A stretch of DNA of 64,000 nt from Glaucostegus cemiculus. Its lineage: Eukaryota. Made by a program: the position numbers and the translations under genes. The stretch is from contig CDPCPM010000011.1 of NCBI GenBank assembly GCA_976551045.1, positions 15,190,001 to 15,254,000 on the forward strand. The letters run 5' to 3'. Under the pieces are notes generated by a model. The model saw only the letters and a list, made by a program, of their open reading frames with translations, made no database searches and had not been told where the DNA came from. Shown in pieces: positions 13,563 through 27,149 of the stretch; position 1 is the first letter of the stretch; the number at the start of each line of letters is the position of its first letter.

Positions 13563-14701
13563 CTTGGGAAATAACACCACAGAACTTCATGGTGACATAG
13601 CTTAATTCAAAGGTACTCTTAAATGTATCATGACAAGTATCGCGTCCCAAGGTGACACTGCAAATAACAGCATGATTTTTGTAGTCAATAGGAAGATACA
13701 GCATCTTAACGACAGTTGCCCAGCAAGTTTTGGCAGACTTTGTAATACTGCCTTGTTCTAGTCTTGTGTCTACCTCTCTACAAGGGAATCTCTGCTGATT
13801 GAGAGTCAAATAGACTATAATGATGCTGTTCAACCAATGACACAGAGGATTATTTGATACATTACACAAGATTGAAGCTTAACTTCCAACAAGTGGGTTG
13901 AAATCATATCAGGTTAAACTGTAAACAGTCTGGCACAGGAAACAAACGTACCCACGTCCAGTTTTAAAAGGAGGTGGGACAGAAAAATCAGTTATAGAGA
14001 CTGTTCATCTTCATTTTAGTAGTGATAGTATTTACATTCATAGCAAATTGGGTTTCCCAGGCATCAACAAATCTGGGCAACTGAAAGCAGGGCAAGAACG
14101 CCTGAATTCATGAAGATTAAGTGCTTACATGGCAACTCTTTGTAGGCCAGAATATAATGGAATGTTTTCACCAGGTCTAATAGGCTCCACGGCATTCATA
14201 CTGCCAAATCTGCTTCACATCACTGTATTGTTAATCTTCCCACTTTGAGAAGCAAGAGATCTCAAGATTTCACAGCTGACTTATGATGGATTCTCTTCTT
14301 TCAATATAATGCAGTAGACATTAAGAAAATCATATTGCAAACTACCTAAGGTCTAATCGTCCTATCACTTATCTATATGTTAACTACACTTGAGATACGG
14401 AGGCACTTCTGGTTCGGATACTCATCACCTACAACTCAATCTTCCTCTGCAAGGTTTAGCAATTCATTAGATATCCTCCAATGCTTTTCCAACTTGGTAA
14501 CACTTCAATTATAATCACCTTTTCTATTGAATTCAATGAAGCCTTTTCCAAAAGTACTCTGTAAGTACCTAATGATTTCACTTGAACTTGCTTCATGCAT
14601 GGCTTTAACATCAAACAATTTGTTGTTAGAATATCAGACCAAAATAATTCAGAGATACCTTGCACATTTTTGTCTGTAATAGAATGAACAAGCTGTCTCA
14701 C

Positions 14702-14825
14702 CTGATGCCAGCAAGTCATTCACAAGTACCAGAAACTTTTCATCAGCAACTTGAGCATCTGTCATTAAGAAGACGGTACCCACATTCTTGACTCCAGCCT
14801 TTAAGCACAGGTTAGCAAGGTCAGC
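14702..14825 (-). CDS. DNAH9: Dynein heavy chain exon H (124 nt), AAA4; not in the ORF track
   Basis: tttccag|GCTGAC...GCATCAG|gtgag; [41 protein letters not shown]; phase 0 to 1. Confidence 0.95.
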
Positions 14826-15129
14826 CTGGAAAGGGAGAAACCAGTCTATTGTAGAGGTTACGATTTATGTTACGGAACTACCTTAAGAAAAAGTCTGCAT
14901 GATATACATATATACAGTATATGCTTCTGAGGTCATTTTATTTACTCACAACTTCAGGAAGTATAACTTTACAGCAATTACTCTTATTTGCTGGGAATGT
15001 GACAGTTAAGATATACACATAACAAGTAATGATATACTGTAAATGACCTAAAAAAGTTATTGGTGTCAGTTGCCCAAGGATTGTTGTGATGTTAGGAGGA
15101 TTCTTATGATGTTCTTCACGTGGTGCCTG

Positions 15130-15290
15130 AAGATCTTTTATATTCAGCTGTAAAATAATATTCAGGGCCTTTGTATAATACCTTATCTAAAAGTCAGCAA
15201 CACTAATGAAGCAGAGCTTGCTCACTATTGCACTGAAATATCTTCCTCAACAATATGATTGGTGGGGAGTAATCCTTAAATCCACTACAA
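15130..15290 (-). mobile_element. Deu-SINE-like relic
   Basis: gatctttta...ccttatctaaaagtcagcaacactaatgaagcagagcttgctcactattgcactgaa resembles the antisense Deu domain; similar to 56785-56895. Confidence 0.4.
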
Positions 15291-15439
15291 CTATATTACA
15301 GTGAAGAAAACACATTGATATTACTGCTTAAAATTGAAAGTAATATTCAGAGTAGATATAGTACAGACCAATGTAAAATGGGATGGATTACACAGAAATT
15401 AGCTACAAGGATTGGGTTTTTAAACAATGATGAAATACA

Positions 15440-15540
15440 GAGTTTCTCTCCCCATAGATACTGTCAGACTTGCTGAAAATTCCCAGCATTTTATGCTGGT
15501 AATTTCAGATTTCCATCAGCTGTAGTATTTTGTTTTTGTG
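15440..15540 (+). mobile_element. Old Penelope-derived repeat, 3' half without hammerhead
   Basis: tttctctccccatagatactgtcagacttgctgaaaattcccagcatttt...tttcagatttcca. Confidence 0.55.
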
Positions 15541-16514
15541 TACAAAAGATAATACCTTCCTTAGTGGATTACATAGTATATACATCAGTGAGGAATGGGT
15601 TACAGACAATAACAAATTGAGGGATTCATCTGTCATTGAAAATGGCCAGAATAAATTTTCAGCTGTAAATAATGACACCTGTTTGAAAATGTGTTAATAA
15701 CTGCTTCAATATACACCCACACTCAAGTCATTTGGCATCATACATACAGAAATTTTGACAGTATTAAAATGAATCAGGGCAAGATCTGGTGCCATTCAGT
15801 ATTCAAGTTCAGTTTAACAATATTTCCCACTAATCAAGTGACTGACATATATGACTGTAATACTCAATGCATTGTCACAATTACTATATATCATAGTGTA
15901 ACAGTGGAATTTTATTTAATTTACTATTATCTTTTACATAACTCTCACAGCAAGATCACTGTCAGGGATTCATATTCCTCAAAGAATGAGAGTAATCACA
16001 ATTCCATTGTGAGCCAGAGTTATTTTTCATGATAAGATCTGTCAAATATGGGTGGTATGTAAGTGCAGAAATAATTGAGGTTAGCTTTACAAACCTGAGC
16101 ACATGTTAACAAGTAATGGATGTTTATGTTTCTTTTTAAATTGCTCTTCCATATGATTCTTCCTACAACCCGCCTACATTTCCTACTCCACAGAAGTTTG
16201 GGGAACGTATTTTCTCACAAGTACTTTACTGTCATCTGACTTCTGGCAGTCTGACCCGATACCTCTCCCCATCCTTTCCTACTTTCTAAAGCAGGATACT
16301 TTTATCACCGTTAAGTGTTTCAAATCTGGCAATCTGCACAAGAGTTGGCAGAAAGGAGAGGATGGTTTATATTTGAGGTGAGAGTCTCAATTTATTCCAG
16401 AAATGAATGCATTTTACCCAATTAGCATTTTTGTTTAAGAGCATATACTGAGAAATTAACTTACTGTGTGCACTAGAAATTAATGTGACAAAAGCTTTAA
16501 TATTCATGGTGCGC

Positions 16515-17520
16515 TGGTAAAACCAAAATCAATGGGCTTCAAAGGGAAAACACCCTAGTGGCTGGAATCATATCTCGCACACAAAAGAAGATAAATTTAG
16601 TTATCAGACATCAATCATTCCAGTCCCAGGACATCACTGCACAAGTTCCTCAGGGCTTTGTCCAAGGCCTAAACATCTTCAGTTGCTTCATCAATGATAT
16701 TCCTTCCGTAATGTCAGAAATGTGAGTGTGTGCTGATAATAACGCTAAGATCAATTCCATTCTCACATCAGGAGTAGATGAAGCAGCAATATAATCTTCA
16801 GCAAGAGAAGGTCTAACTACCTAATCTCAATGCTTAATGGAACCCCTGAACCCCTCACCTTCAATATCTTGGGGGTCATCATTGACTGGGAACTTAACTG
16901 GCCAACACACATAAATACCACGACTATATGAGCAGATCAGAGGCAGGATATTCTGCATTGAGTGATTTACCTCATGACACACCGAGGCCCTTCCACCATC
17001 TACAAAGTATAGTTCGAAGTGTATTGCAATAACCTCCAGTTGCCTCGATGAGTGCAGCTCCAATAACTCTCAAGAAGGTCAACATCATACAGGACAAAGC
17101 AGCCTGCATGATTGGTACCCAGTCCGTTACCCTAAACATTCATTCTCTCCATCACCTGCACACAGTAGCTACAATATGTATCTCCACTACATTGCAGTTA
17201 CTCAGCTAGACTACTCCCAAACCTGCAATGTCTACCACAAAGAAGGATGAAGGCAAGAGATCCATGCGAGCACCACCACCTACAAGTTGCCCTTTGAGTC
17301 GCAGATCATCCTGACTTGGAAATATACCAATCCTTCATCATTTCTAGTTCTAAATCCTGAAACTGCTTCTCAAACAGCACTGTAGGAGCGCCTTCATCAG
17401 AACAGCAGTGGTTTAAAAAGATGGCTCACCACCATCTTCTTGGCCGACAAGGATGGGCAACAAATGCTGGCCTTGTCAATGATGCTCAGGTCCCTAAAAG
17501 CAAATAATTAATTTTTTTTT
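16515..17520 (+). mobile_element. CR1-clade LINE, RT core to 3' end, decayed
   Basis: VPQG...IFSCFINDIPS RT motifs at about 16645-16710; 3' tail gggcaacaaatgctggccttgtcaatgatgctcagg. Confidence 0.75.
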
Positions 17521-19171
17521 TTCCATTCCGTAGCACTAAATACATTACGTGGAAGTGTTAGCACATTGGACTCCACCTCTAATTTGACGAATGGAATGAA
17601 TTTCAGAGACAAAGTATAAAGCAAGGGCAAAACTATGGCATGTACTTAGTGCTACCAACTGGGAATGAAGTTTTAGGTATCCATCTACTCAATTCCATGG
17701 TAAATTCTTATGATGTATCAAACTTTCACATAATAATCATGAGGTGATTTTAAATATCACATTTCTTAACGCGATAGTTAAGTCAATTAATTTCTTTCAT
17801 TCATTGTTTTTAATGAAGGAAATGAATTAGCCATGATAACATCCAAAACTTCCAATAACAATGAGTTAGTTAGATACTTGTTGAAATTGTGGCAGCAATT
17901 TGGTTAGTGAAAAGGTTCCACAATAAATGCCAGGGTGATTGATAAAGTAAAATAGCTTCTGTGCCATTTGTTGACAGAAAACATCGTCCAGGAGATCAGA
18001 AGACTCCTTACTAACAATTTCACAGAACTGACAACATCACAGAGACCAAGATCAAAATACAGATTCCAAACCCATTCAAACAGACCAAAATGACCAAGTC
18101 TTGATGAGCTGATTTTCATAATTGAATGAAATTTTAAACAAGAGCTGGAAATGGAATTACTGAGAAAATTAGTGAAGTATGGGCAATCTATGTTATTTCT
18201 GTCTCTGGTACCCAAAATCCATGAATAGATTTTAAAAATAAATATTCAGGCAACCTTCTCCTGTTATCTAGTCACTCTTAACCTCTTAAATATGTGTTTA
18301 ACTTTCACAATCTTGGCATTCTGGATGACGTTAGTTTAGGTTCAAATTCAAAAAGAAAAAAGCTAATCTGTAAAATAAACAAAAGCATGGCAAATGGAAC
18401 AGCAGCAGACCAAATGCAGGAGCAGTTTCTTTCATAGCAAATACTCAACAAGTTCAAGTCCTCACTACATTTGATTCATTTTCACTCATTTATATATCAA
18501 CTATTGATCAGTCACTCCCCTTCTTGTACACTACTTTGATGAATTGCTTTTCATCCTGTCCATTACATTACATTCAATCTTTTTCCGATAATTGTTGGTG
18601 CTGGAACACAAGACATCCAGATCTTATTAAACAGTAGTCCCTTTCATATCTAATTAATGCATCACATTTAATCAATACTATTTTGCTTGAGGAATACTTG
18701 ACAAAACAACGAAAGTCTTCTTTAAGGAGTAATCCACAACCTCTTGAATAGCTTCCTATTTCACTTAACATTGAAACTTCTGCTCCAAAAACAGACAGTT
18801 CAGCAACTTTAGACCAAAAAGTTGTGCATAATTTGTGTTGTTAGAAGCATGTGGAAAAAAATAAAGCATCCACGTTTTATGTTATTTAAATATTTTTAAT
18901 GGAGTCTGAAATAGTGAACAATGTCATTTCATTAAATAAAGGCAAGAAACGATAAAAGAGATAATACTTTTATAAGGATGTTGTGTCAAGGACCAATAGG
19001 TTCACTGGATTGAATTGGTCATGATGTGATTTGCATAATGGGAATAATATGATAAATGGTCAATTTAACATCCACCTGGGCATATCTTTATGAACTTCTA
19101 AAAGCAACTGTGTAAAATCTTAATTTAATGCATCAAACATAAATTCATTTGTAGTAATGGAATGGTTCATG

Positions 19172-19575
19172 TAATTGGTAATTGGTTTATTATTGTTACA
19201 TGTGCTTAAGTACAGTAAAAAAAACTTTGTTTTGCATGCCATCCATACAGATCATTTCACAACATAGTACATCAAGATAGTGCAAGAGAAGAGGAATAAC
19301 AGAATGCAGAATATAGTGTTACAGTTATAAAGTGCAGTGCAAGCAGGCAATAAGATGCAAGGTCATGATGAAGTAGACTTTGAGGTCAAGAGTCCATTTT
19401 ATCGTACAAGAGGTCAGTTCAATAGTCTTATTACAGCAGGCTAGAAGCTGTCCTTGAGCCTGGTGGTGCATGTTTTTAGGTCTTTGTATCGTCGGCCCAA
19501 TGGAAAGGGGGGGGGGGTGGGAGAAAGAATACCTAGGGTGGTGCAGGTCTTTGATTACGTTGGATGCTTTTCAAA
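19172..19575 (-). mobile_element. Rex1/Babar-like LINE 3' end
   Basis: (aattggt)n tail plus tttatt; antisense of LGRRYKDLKTCTTRLKDSF at about 19445-19505. Confidence 0.75.
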
Positions 19576-20619
19576 GGGAATGAGAACAGATGTAGACAGA
19601 GAAATGCAGACTATTGTAAAGACCGAGTTACCAGGGGCCTTCAAACAGTAACTTTCAACTGCAACTGAAATGTTGGTCATCCCAATTCCAGAATATTGAA
19701 CTAAGGAGATCAGGAAGTGCCTGGTTTGTTTTTTTACTTCTGTGCCGAGTTGGCAGTTCTCAACAAATTATCACTGAAATACTGCAAGGATCCAACCAAT
19801 GCCAATATATTCTTAGTTTCTCATTTGAATACATTTCCCTTTGCTTAGAGAATACAAACATGAGATCAGTCAAACCAATTCTGTATAAGAGATTATGCTC
19901 AAGTAAATGAAGTGCCTTTTTCAGCTCATTTACCTACATTAGAATAAAATGTGTTCTGATTCAGTGCAGGAATCACTTTGCCCTGCAGGATCTAGCAATA
20001 GTAATAGTGCTCCCTTAGTGCCTTAGCAGCACATCGTGTAAGGATCTGGATAAGGTCAAGTACTAATTATTCCCATCCAAAGAAAGAACAGCTTATTTAA
20101 TCAATAATTAGCTTTTTAATTTAATTGACCATTGTTGTTGGCATTTAATAAAAATCAACATGCCATGATTATAGGAATGGCATATATTTTATAGAAAGCT
20201 TTCCCGGTTGTGAAACAATTTAACAGAAATGAAATGTGGCTCTCCTTCCTTTTGTGGTAAAAGAGCTTAAAATTATTTTCCAATGAAAAACTATACATTT
20301 TAATTATTTGCCATTGAAATAGTAAATGATGTACACCTACTTTGGAAATAAAGTTTCAATTAAAGGTATTATTTTCACCACCACTGCCTCATTTTGTCTA
20401 TCACTGAAAATCCTCATCTACACCTTTCCTATCTCCAGACATAATTATTCCAAGCCATTTTTTTTTCTCCAGCCTCTATATTTCTGCTCTCTGGAAATCA
20501 TTCTGTATTTTGCTCTCCACATCATAACTCATTTACTTATATGTAGTTGGTAATGGTATTGACTTAAGGTTAAACAATGACCCTGATTTTCAAATTCTCA
20601 TCCTTATTTAAAAATCCAC

Positions 20620-20825
20620 CCATTGCCTTGACTCTCCCTGTGTCTGTAATCTTCTCCTGTCCTACAACATTTATTATCTACTATCCTCCAATTTGGACTC
20701 TTTATCATCTCCAAATGTAAACACTTCACTGCTGGTAACTGTCTCTTCAGGTACCGAGACTCCAACCTCTGCAGTTCCATCCCTAACCTCTCCACTTATC
20801 TTCCTTCCTTTAATGCCACCTCTTG
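20620..20825 (+). mobile_element. L2-like LINE 3' fragment
   Basis: ccttgactctccctgtgtctgtaatcttctcc...ctctgcagttccatccctaacctctcc pattern typical of L2 RT C-termini. Confidence 0.45.
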
Positions 20826-21174
20826 GTCTTCTATAATATTATCTCCTATAACCTGGTATAAAATATTGTTTGATCTTGTTCATGTGGAACATTACAGAAC
20901 ATTTTGCTTCATTAAAACTGCTACATAAAGTGTTGCTGTAGCTAAAGAAAAATAATATATTGTATTTAAGGGGGAAAATGGGGACTATCATAAAGGTTGG
21001 AGGAGAAGGCAGAAAGTGCCTCTGTGAGAGTTTGAGACAAAATGGTGACATTATAGAAGGCATCAAATATGAATGAATGCTTCTGTGAACTGAAGCGATG
21101 ATGGCTGTCTGTTAAGATGACTTTTGAATAAGAGGTAAATCGGTTGATTCACTTAAAATCTAACTGTCAATTTG

Positions 21175-21402
21175 TTTTGAACTCTTGCTCTCTCAATTAA
21201 CCTTGCCATGGCTCTTGTGCTTAATTTGTCTACCTGCATTGCACTCTCTCTATACTCTGCATTCTGTTTTTATTACCTCAGTATGTTTCCTTTTTATTAC
21301 CTCAATGTACTTGCATATGGAATGATCTGTCTGGATGGCACACAAACAAAAGCTTTACACTGTATCTTGGTACATGTTACAATAATAAACCAATTCCAAT
21401 TG
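21175..21402 (+). mobile_element. Rex1/Babar-like 3' UTR
   Basis: atgatctgtctggatggcacacaaacaaaagctttacactgtatcttggtacatgttacaataataaaccaattccaatt; homologous to 38080-38285 and to 19172 (antisense). Confidence 0.7.
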
Positions 21403-22049
21403 TAGATCGAGCTTTCCTGGTTTCCAAGCTTGGCCTGAATGAGAAACTTGAACTTCAATTTTAGAACTCCTTGCTAAAATGTTTGAAAAATAGGTTGTCC
21501 TCCTGCAGTGAGATGATCAAAGAAAGAATTTCAGTAACTCCTTCAGTTAATTGGGTTGCACTTGTTCCTTTTAAAGCTAACAATGACAGCTGGATACAAG
21601 TGAATGCTCCAACTTACTTCACTCTGGAAATGGAATCTCATAAAAGTGGAAGAACTAAGCCCTGCAATTTCATTAATGCCTGTTGTAAATCAGATTGACG
21701 TGCAGTACAAGGCTGGAATTAGTCACAATCCTGAAAAATGACAGCGGGTTATTGATGATTCAGAAATTGCTGTAATTACATGCCGCTGATAGAGAATATG
21801 AAATTTTCAAAGCCATTTAACCTCACTGTTTCAATATCTACACGAATAGTTAACAAGAGCTCAGTGGACATGGGAGAGCTATATATTAGCACTGGAACAC
21901 AAGTTTACAAAGCTAAAATTTGCACGCTTCTCCTCTTTCATAGCACTATCAGTCCTCTTGCTTTGTATTAATCCCATACTTTGCTAGCTTTATACTAATT
22001 TGCACCCAACATGCTGAGATGCTCTGTTAACTAAAATTATCTTTGAGAT

Positions 22050-22485
22050 GAGGGTACTGTGATACGAGGGAAGATTAAAGAGATTGGGCTCATATCTCTT
22101 GTGTTTAAAAGAATGAGTGATGATCTCACTGAAACATACAAAATTGTATAAAGCTTGAGAGATGGGATGTTTCCTCTTGCTGGGCCTCTAAAACCAAGGT
22201 GCTCAGTCCCAAAATAAGGTTCAACCTTACAGGACTGAGATGAAAAATATTTCTTCACCCAGAGGATAAGGAACCTTTGGCATTCTCTCCCCAAGCATGC
22301 TGTGGAGGGTCAGTGACTGACTTTATTCAAGACAGAGATTGATGGATTATTGGATATTGAGAGGATTGAGGGAGACTGTGTTAGTGCAGGAAAGTAGTAT
22401 TTAAGGCAAAAGATCAAGACATGATATAATTGAATGGCTGAGAAATCACAAGGAACTGAATAGTCTAATCCTGCTTCTATTTCTC
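22050..22485 (+). mobile_element. CR1 LINE RT C-terminus and 3' UTR
   Basis: RLGSYLLCLKE...DLTETYKI-like stretch, ttcttcacccagagg...tggcattctctcccc, tail cctgcttctatttct. Confidence 0.75.
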
Positions 22486-22799
22486 AAATAACCTCCTTAG
22501 AATCACCCTGCACATTGTGAGTACATTACAGTTGGTGAATAATCATTGCTATTGTAAATAGCATATCATTCTTGTAATGGGATGCATTTTAGAAACATGG
22601 AATAAATTAGTTTGGAATAAATAAATTGGTGGGTTTTCTCACATTGCCCTAGAAACCTAACTACATCACTTCTTCAACAACACGTATATACAAAGTCACT
22701 TCAACTGAGTTTTGAATACTTTTGAGTTTATTAAAAGCAACTCCAATGTAGAAGTCAAATGATAGTAAACAGGGAGCATTCAATTTCAAATTTGCAATT

Positions 22800-22895
22800 T
22801 CTAAAGACGTACGGGTAGGTTAATTTGGGGGTTTAAAATGGGCGGCGTGGACCCGTTGGGCCGAAAGGGCCTGTTACTACATTGTAAATAAATTA
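22800..22895 (+). mobile_element. V-SINE 3' fragment with CR1-type tail
   Basis: aaagacgtacgggtaggttaatttggggg...ttgggccgaaagggcctgttac; CpGs retained. Confidence 0.65.
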
Positions 22896-23942
22896 CAACA
22901 TTTAAATTTAAAAAAAAAATAAATTTAACATAATCAGCAGGTAGGAAGTGGGGAAGAAATGAACTTTAGCAATACGGTGACCTGAACAAAACCATGAACA
23001 GTTGAATGTCATTTTAAACTGAGTCAGTCTGCAATCACACTGTCCAGAACAAATGTGTTCTCAATCAGAATCACAACTTCTGTTTCAATTGAAGTTTCAT
23101 AATTCAAATCTCATTTACAAAGTCATAACTTTGATTTGCTCTCCAGTCACCTCCCTCCTGTCCCCTTGGTGTAGACTTGTGTTGTGATTCAGCTCCAGAG
23201 TTGACAGAAGCCACTCATTACTTGGTTCAAATGGCTACTCTTCTCATCCAAAACTAAAGAGCTTTAGCAAATTGTTTAATCATAGAGACTCAATGCATTA
23301 AGACCTGGTACCTCCCTTCCAATCAGATGCACATATCTATTTCCCTAACAGTAGCAGAATATCTGACCGAAGACCCAGATTTTGTAGGAAATGCCAGCAC
23401 TTCTGTGCGTAACTACTGGCCTTTCCCCATATTACTGCCAACAATTTTGGGATTCCCGTGCATGTGTGAACCTGTTGGTAGCTTTCTGCAGCATTTCTTC
23501 CACTGGGCTCAGGTACTGTACAACACATGGAGTCCAGTGGGTGAGAGTGAAATTGCAGAAATTCCCCCTTAGAGTTACAGTGTTAGACCTAGTGCAGGCA
23601 GTTCTTCAATGATTGCAGTAGAGGAGAATCTATGCAAGACAGCATTTGGCAATAACATAGCACAGAAACTTCACCTGCACCAACCCGAGTGAATGAATGC
23701 CAATTCAGTTTCCTGTTACTGCTCCAAAGTTAGAAATGAAAGCTCAGGAATGGAATATGCACCCTCCATAAAATGATCAGTTTTGTTTTCCTCTGCATTT
23801 ATATATTGAAGGACCTAAAATTTTATGCTTTAATAATGTGTTAAAACATTTACAGAAAAAAGTGAAATACAATTTAACTGAAGGATACGGCACAGAAACA
23901 TATGCAGGGCTCCCCATCCAGCTCCAAATGACAGGTGAGGGT

Positions 23943-23955
23943 GGGGGGGGGGGGG
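23943..23955 (+). repeat. G13 homopolymer
   Basis: Direct count of 13 G. Confidence 0.9.
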
Positions 23956-24241
23956 AAGAGAGGGGCACATAATGGTGACAAAAATACCATGATACAACAC
24001 TGAGCCATACCGTTGGTCAATACTTTATATGATGCTGAATTACTTAAGCTCTGCAAACTTTGTGTGAGTACCATTAAGAAGAATTTTGAGCAAAACAGTA
24101 TAGCTCTAACCAAGGACTGAGAGGCACCAATGAATTCTCTCTAAATGTTGTTATCCCCAATAGTGTAGAAAGACATGAGGGGAGCAGAACCACCTGTATC
24201 TAAAAGTGAGGTACCAGGCTGTTAAAGGTGCAACACAATTA

Positions 24242-24250
24242 TGTGTGTGC

Positions 24251-24309
<59 letters not shown>

Positions 24310-24340
24310 GTACACACACACATATATACATACACACACT
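24242..24340. repeat. Compound microsatellite with (TA)26 core (24255-24306) and flanking (TG)/(CA) tracts
   Basis: Direct reading. Confidence 0.95.
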
Positions 24341-24504
24341 ATCTCTTGTATTTCTCCCTCAATCCAACTTTTCAATCTCTTTCCCTGCTTTCAATAATTG
24401 AATAGACAATAAATTCAATGGACAATCTGATACTCTCTCATTCAGACCACACACCATTCAGTAATAATTCTTCAATATGGCTGAATAAGGAGATATAAAA
24501 CTGC

Positions 24505-25110
24505 TTGGAAATATAGAAAATAGAAGTAGGAATAAGCTAGTCATCTCTCAGAGTCCGCTCCGCCATTCAGTACAATCATGATTGAACCTCATTCTCAACA
24601 CCATGTTCCCTCTCTGCCCAAACCACTTGATATCTTTTGTGTCTGGAAACTTAGCCACTTTCCTCTTAAATATATTCAGAGATTTGGCTTCCACTGTCTT
24701 CTATGGTAAAGAATTCCACTGTTTCACCATCCTCTGAGTGAAGAGTTCCTCTCATCTATATCCTAAATGTCTTAGCCCACATCCTGAGACTGCAACCCCT
24801 GGTTCTAGATGCGCCATCCAGGAGAATTATCCCCCCGTATCTAGCCCATAAAGTCCTGTCAGAATTGTGTACACTTCAATAATCCCCTCTCATTCTTGTA
24901 AACTTTGAAAATATGGGCACTGTCAACCCAGGTTCTCCTTATATGACAGTCCTGCCATTCCTAAATCAGTCTGGTGAATCTTTGTTGCATTCCCCTGTAA
25001 CAAGTATATTTGTTCCTTGGTAAGGAGAGAGAAACTGTACACTTCAAGTGTCACCAAACTGTAACAGGACATCCTTGCTCCTGTATTCAAAATCTCTTGC
25101 AATGAACTTT
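24505..25110 (-). mobile_element. CR1 LINE 3' part
   Basis: atagaaaatagaagtagga tail, gaattccactgtttcaccatcctctgagtgaaga, antisense RT C-terminus (GMAGLSYKENLG). Confidence 0.75.
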
Positions 25111-26337
25111 CCTTACATGGGCCCTGGACACCCAATGGATAGTGCACTGTCTGTTAACTCTCTAATTCACAGTAAGTCTTTTTTGGTGAAAGCAAAAAGT
25201 GATCCCAAGAACTTCAACTCCATCATTAAACTGCGAATTTGAATTCTGAATTGTTTGGTTTTGTGTAAGATTTGAACTGATTGGCTCATGAATGTATTTA
25301 TCTTTGAATATCAAGGGCAACAATATTCCTTTGTTTTCTTTTAAACTTTCATTGTTGTTGCATTCAGAAGGTCAATGAACAGCTGGATTTTGCCAAGGCC
25401 ACAAGTCAATAACATCCTTGTTTAAAGGTCAGATATGCAGAGAACAATTTATCAGCCATACATATGATTTGAAGAGACACAAAAACAACCTTCAAAGGTT
25501 GCATCAACAGATAGTAGACATAAGATAATGAAGAGAATATATTCAACTTCATTATTCCTTTAGGGAAAGGAGTCCTTTACTTATCAATACAACTCCCCTT
25601 GTATATTGTGTTGCAGTTTAAATACGTTACTTCATTGAAATGGGAACGTTCTTCATGAGTCGCAGCCAAATACCATCCCACTTTCATCTGGCATTTACTA
25701 CTCTTGCTTATTGGCAACAGTATAAAAGCTTGTGGTCAGCTCCTGAATAAAGTTCCTGGGAGTAAGACATCCAGCTCAGCTGAAGAGGCTCAGGTATCTA
25801 ACACAGTTAACAAACATTTTCCATACAGAACTCCAAGTGGATATTAATTCATACAATAGCCCAGTGCCCTGACTCTCTTACAAAGATAACCTGATATTTC
25901 ATGCTCAATAACATTTGAAATTGACCATGAAAATGATCACTATTTGTCTGAATATCAGAGACTCACGTCAGTGGGTCATCTCTCTCGAGAAGGAAAAGGT
26001 CAGCAGCTGCCTGAAAGCTATCATTACCTCTGTGATTTATTGACTCACAAGATTATCCTGAAACTGTCATAAAATCAGACAGGCTTCAGCATGTTTTTGG
26101 GTCCTGCTATTCCACATGGTCAATCAATTTGAAACTTGGAGCAGTCTGTAGAACTCCATCTTTCCTTCAGTTACTGCCAATAAAGTCAGAAAATTCCCCC
26201 AAATACAATTAATGTAATAAGCCCCTACAGCAGACTTCTCACTAAACTTGCTCAGTTAGTTACTGAGGTACCCCTGGGAGCCAATAGCTGAGTGAATTCA
26301 AGTGCACTGAACTCCTGGTGGGTTACTGTGAGTTCCA

Positions 26338-26690
26338 TGTCGAGTCAAGTCAAGTCGAGTTTATTGCCATGTGCACAAGAATGCGTATGGACAGGTGCAA
26401 TGAAAAACTTACTTGCAGCAGTATCACAGGCACATAGCATTAGAGACACAACATTCAGAAGACAGACACAAATTAAACAAACATAAATTATACAAGAATT
26501 GTACAAGATAGAACACAATTAGAACCAAAAAATAAACCAGGTTCAATGTAGTGCAAAGTGGTCAAAGTGGTTATAGTGTTACTATATGGAGATAGTAACT
26601 AGGGTTGTGCAGCTAGTTCAAGAACCAAATGCTTGAAGTGACATAGCTGAACTAGAACCTGGTGGCATGGGACTTCAGGCTTGAAGTCCA
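26338..26690 (-). mobile_element. Rex1/Babar-like LINE 3' end
   Basis: (agtca)n tail plus tttatt; reverse-complement match to 3330-3690 (shared aatgaaaaacttacttgcagcag...tcacaggcacatagcat). Confidence 0.75.
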
Positions 26691-27149
26691 TACCCAGAGA
26701 GTGCTCAAACAAACCATGTTTTTCTCTGTTATGTTTATTTGTCAGCATGGCATCCTTGCTACCTGGACAGAGCTGGTCAGTATTGTCATGCTGGGCAACC
26801 ACTTTTCCCTCTTAAACAAAGTCAATGTTGAATTTTCTGGTCACATGGGATGGGCAGCCTGCAGTGACATATTTGTATCTTAAGTACTTCCCACAGACAT
26901 AGATTGCGTGAATGCTGGAGGAAATGGGAAGGTGTAGTCCAGGTGAAACCACAAGCACCATATGCCAATGAATTACAAGGTTATTTCATCTCAAATTCTT
27001 GCCATTTTGAAGCTTATTTATTCCCACTATATACCTTCCAGAAAATAATGAGGTTATGTTTTGTCTACTTGAATGTAAATACTGTAGATTGCAGGAGAGC
27101 AAAGAGTAAATTGTTACGTTTGGGTTGAAAGTGAAGATTAGGCATAAAT

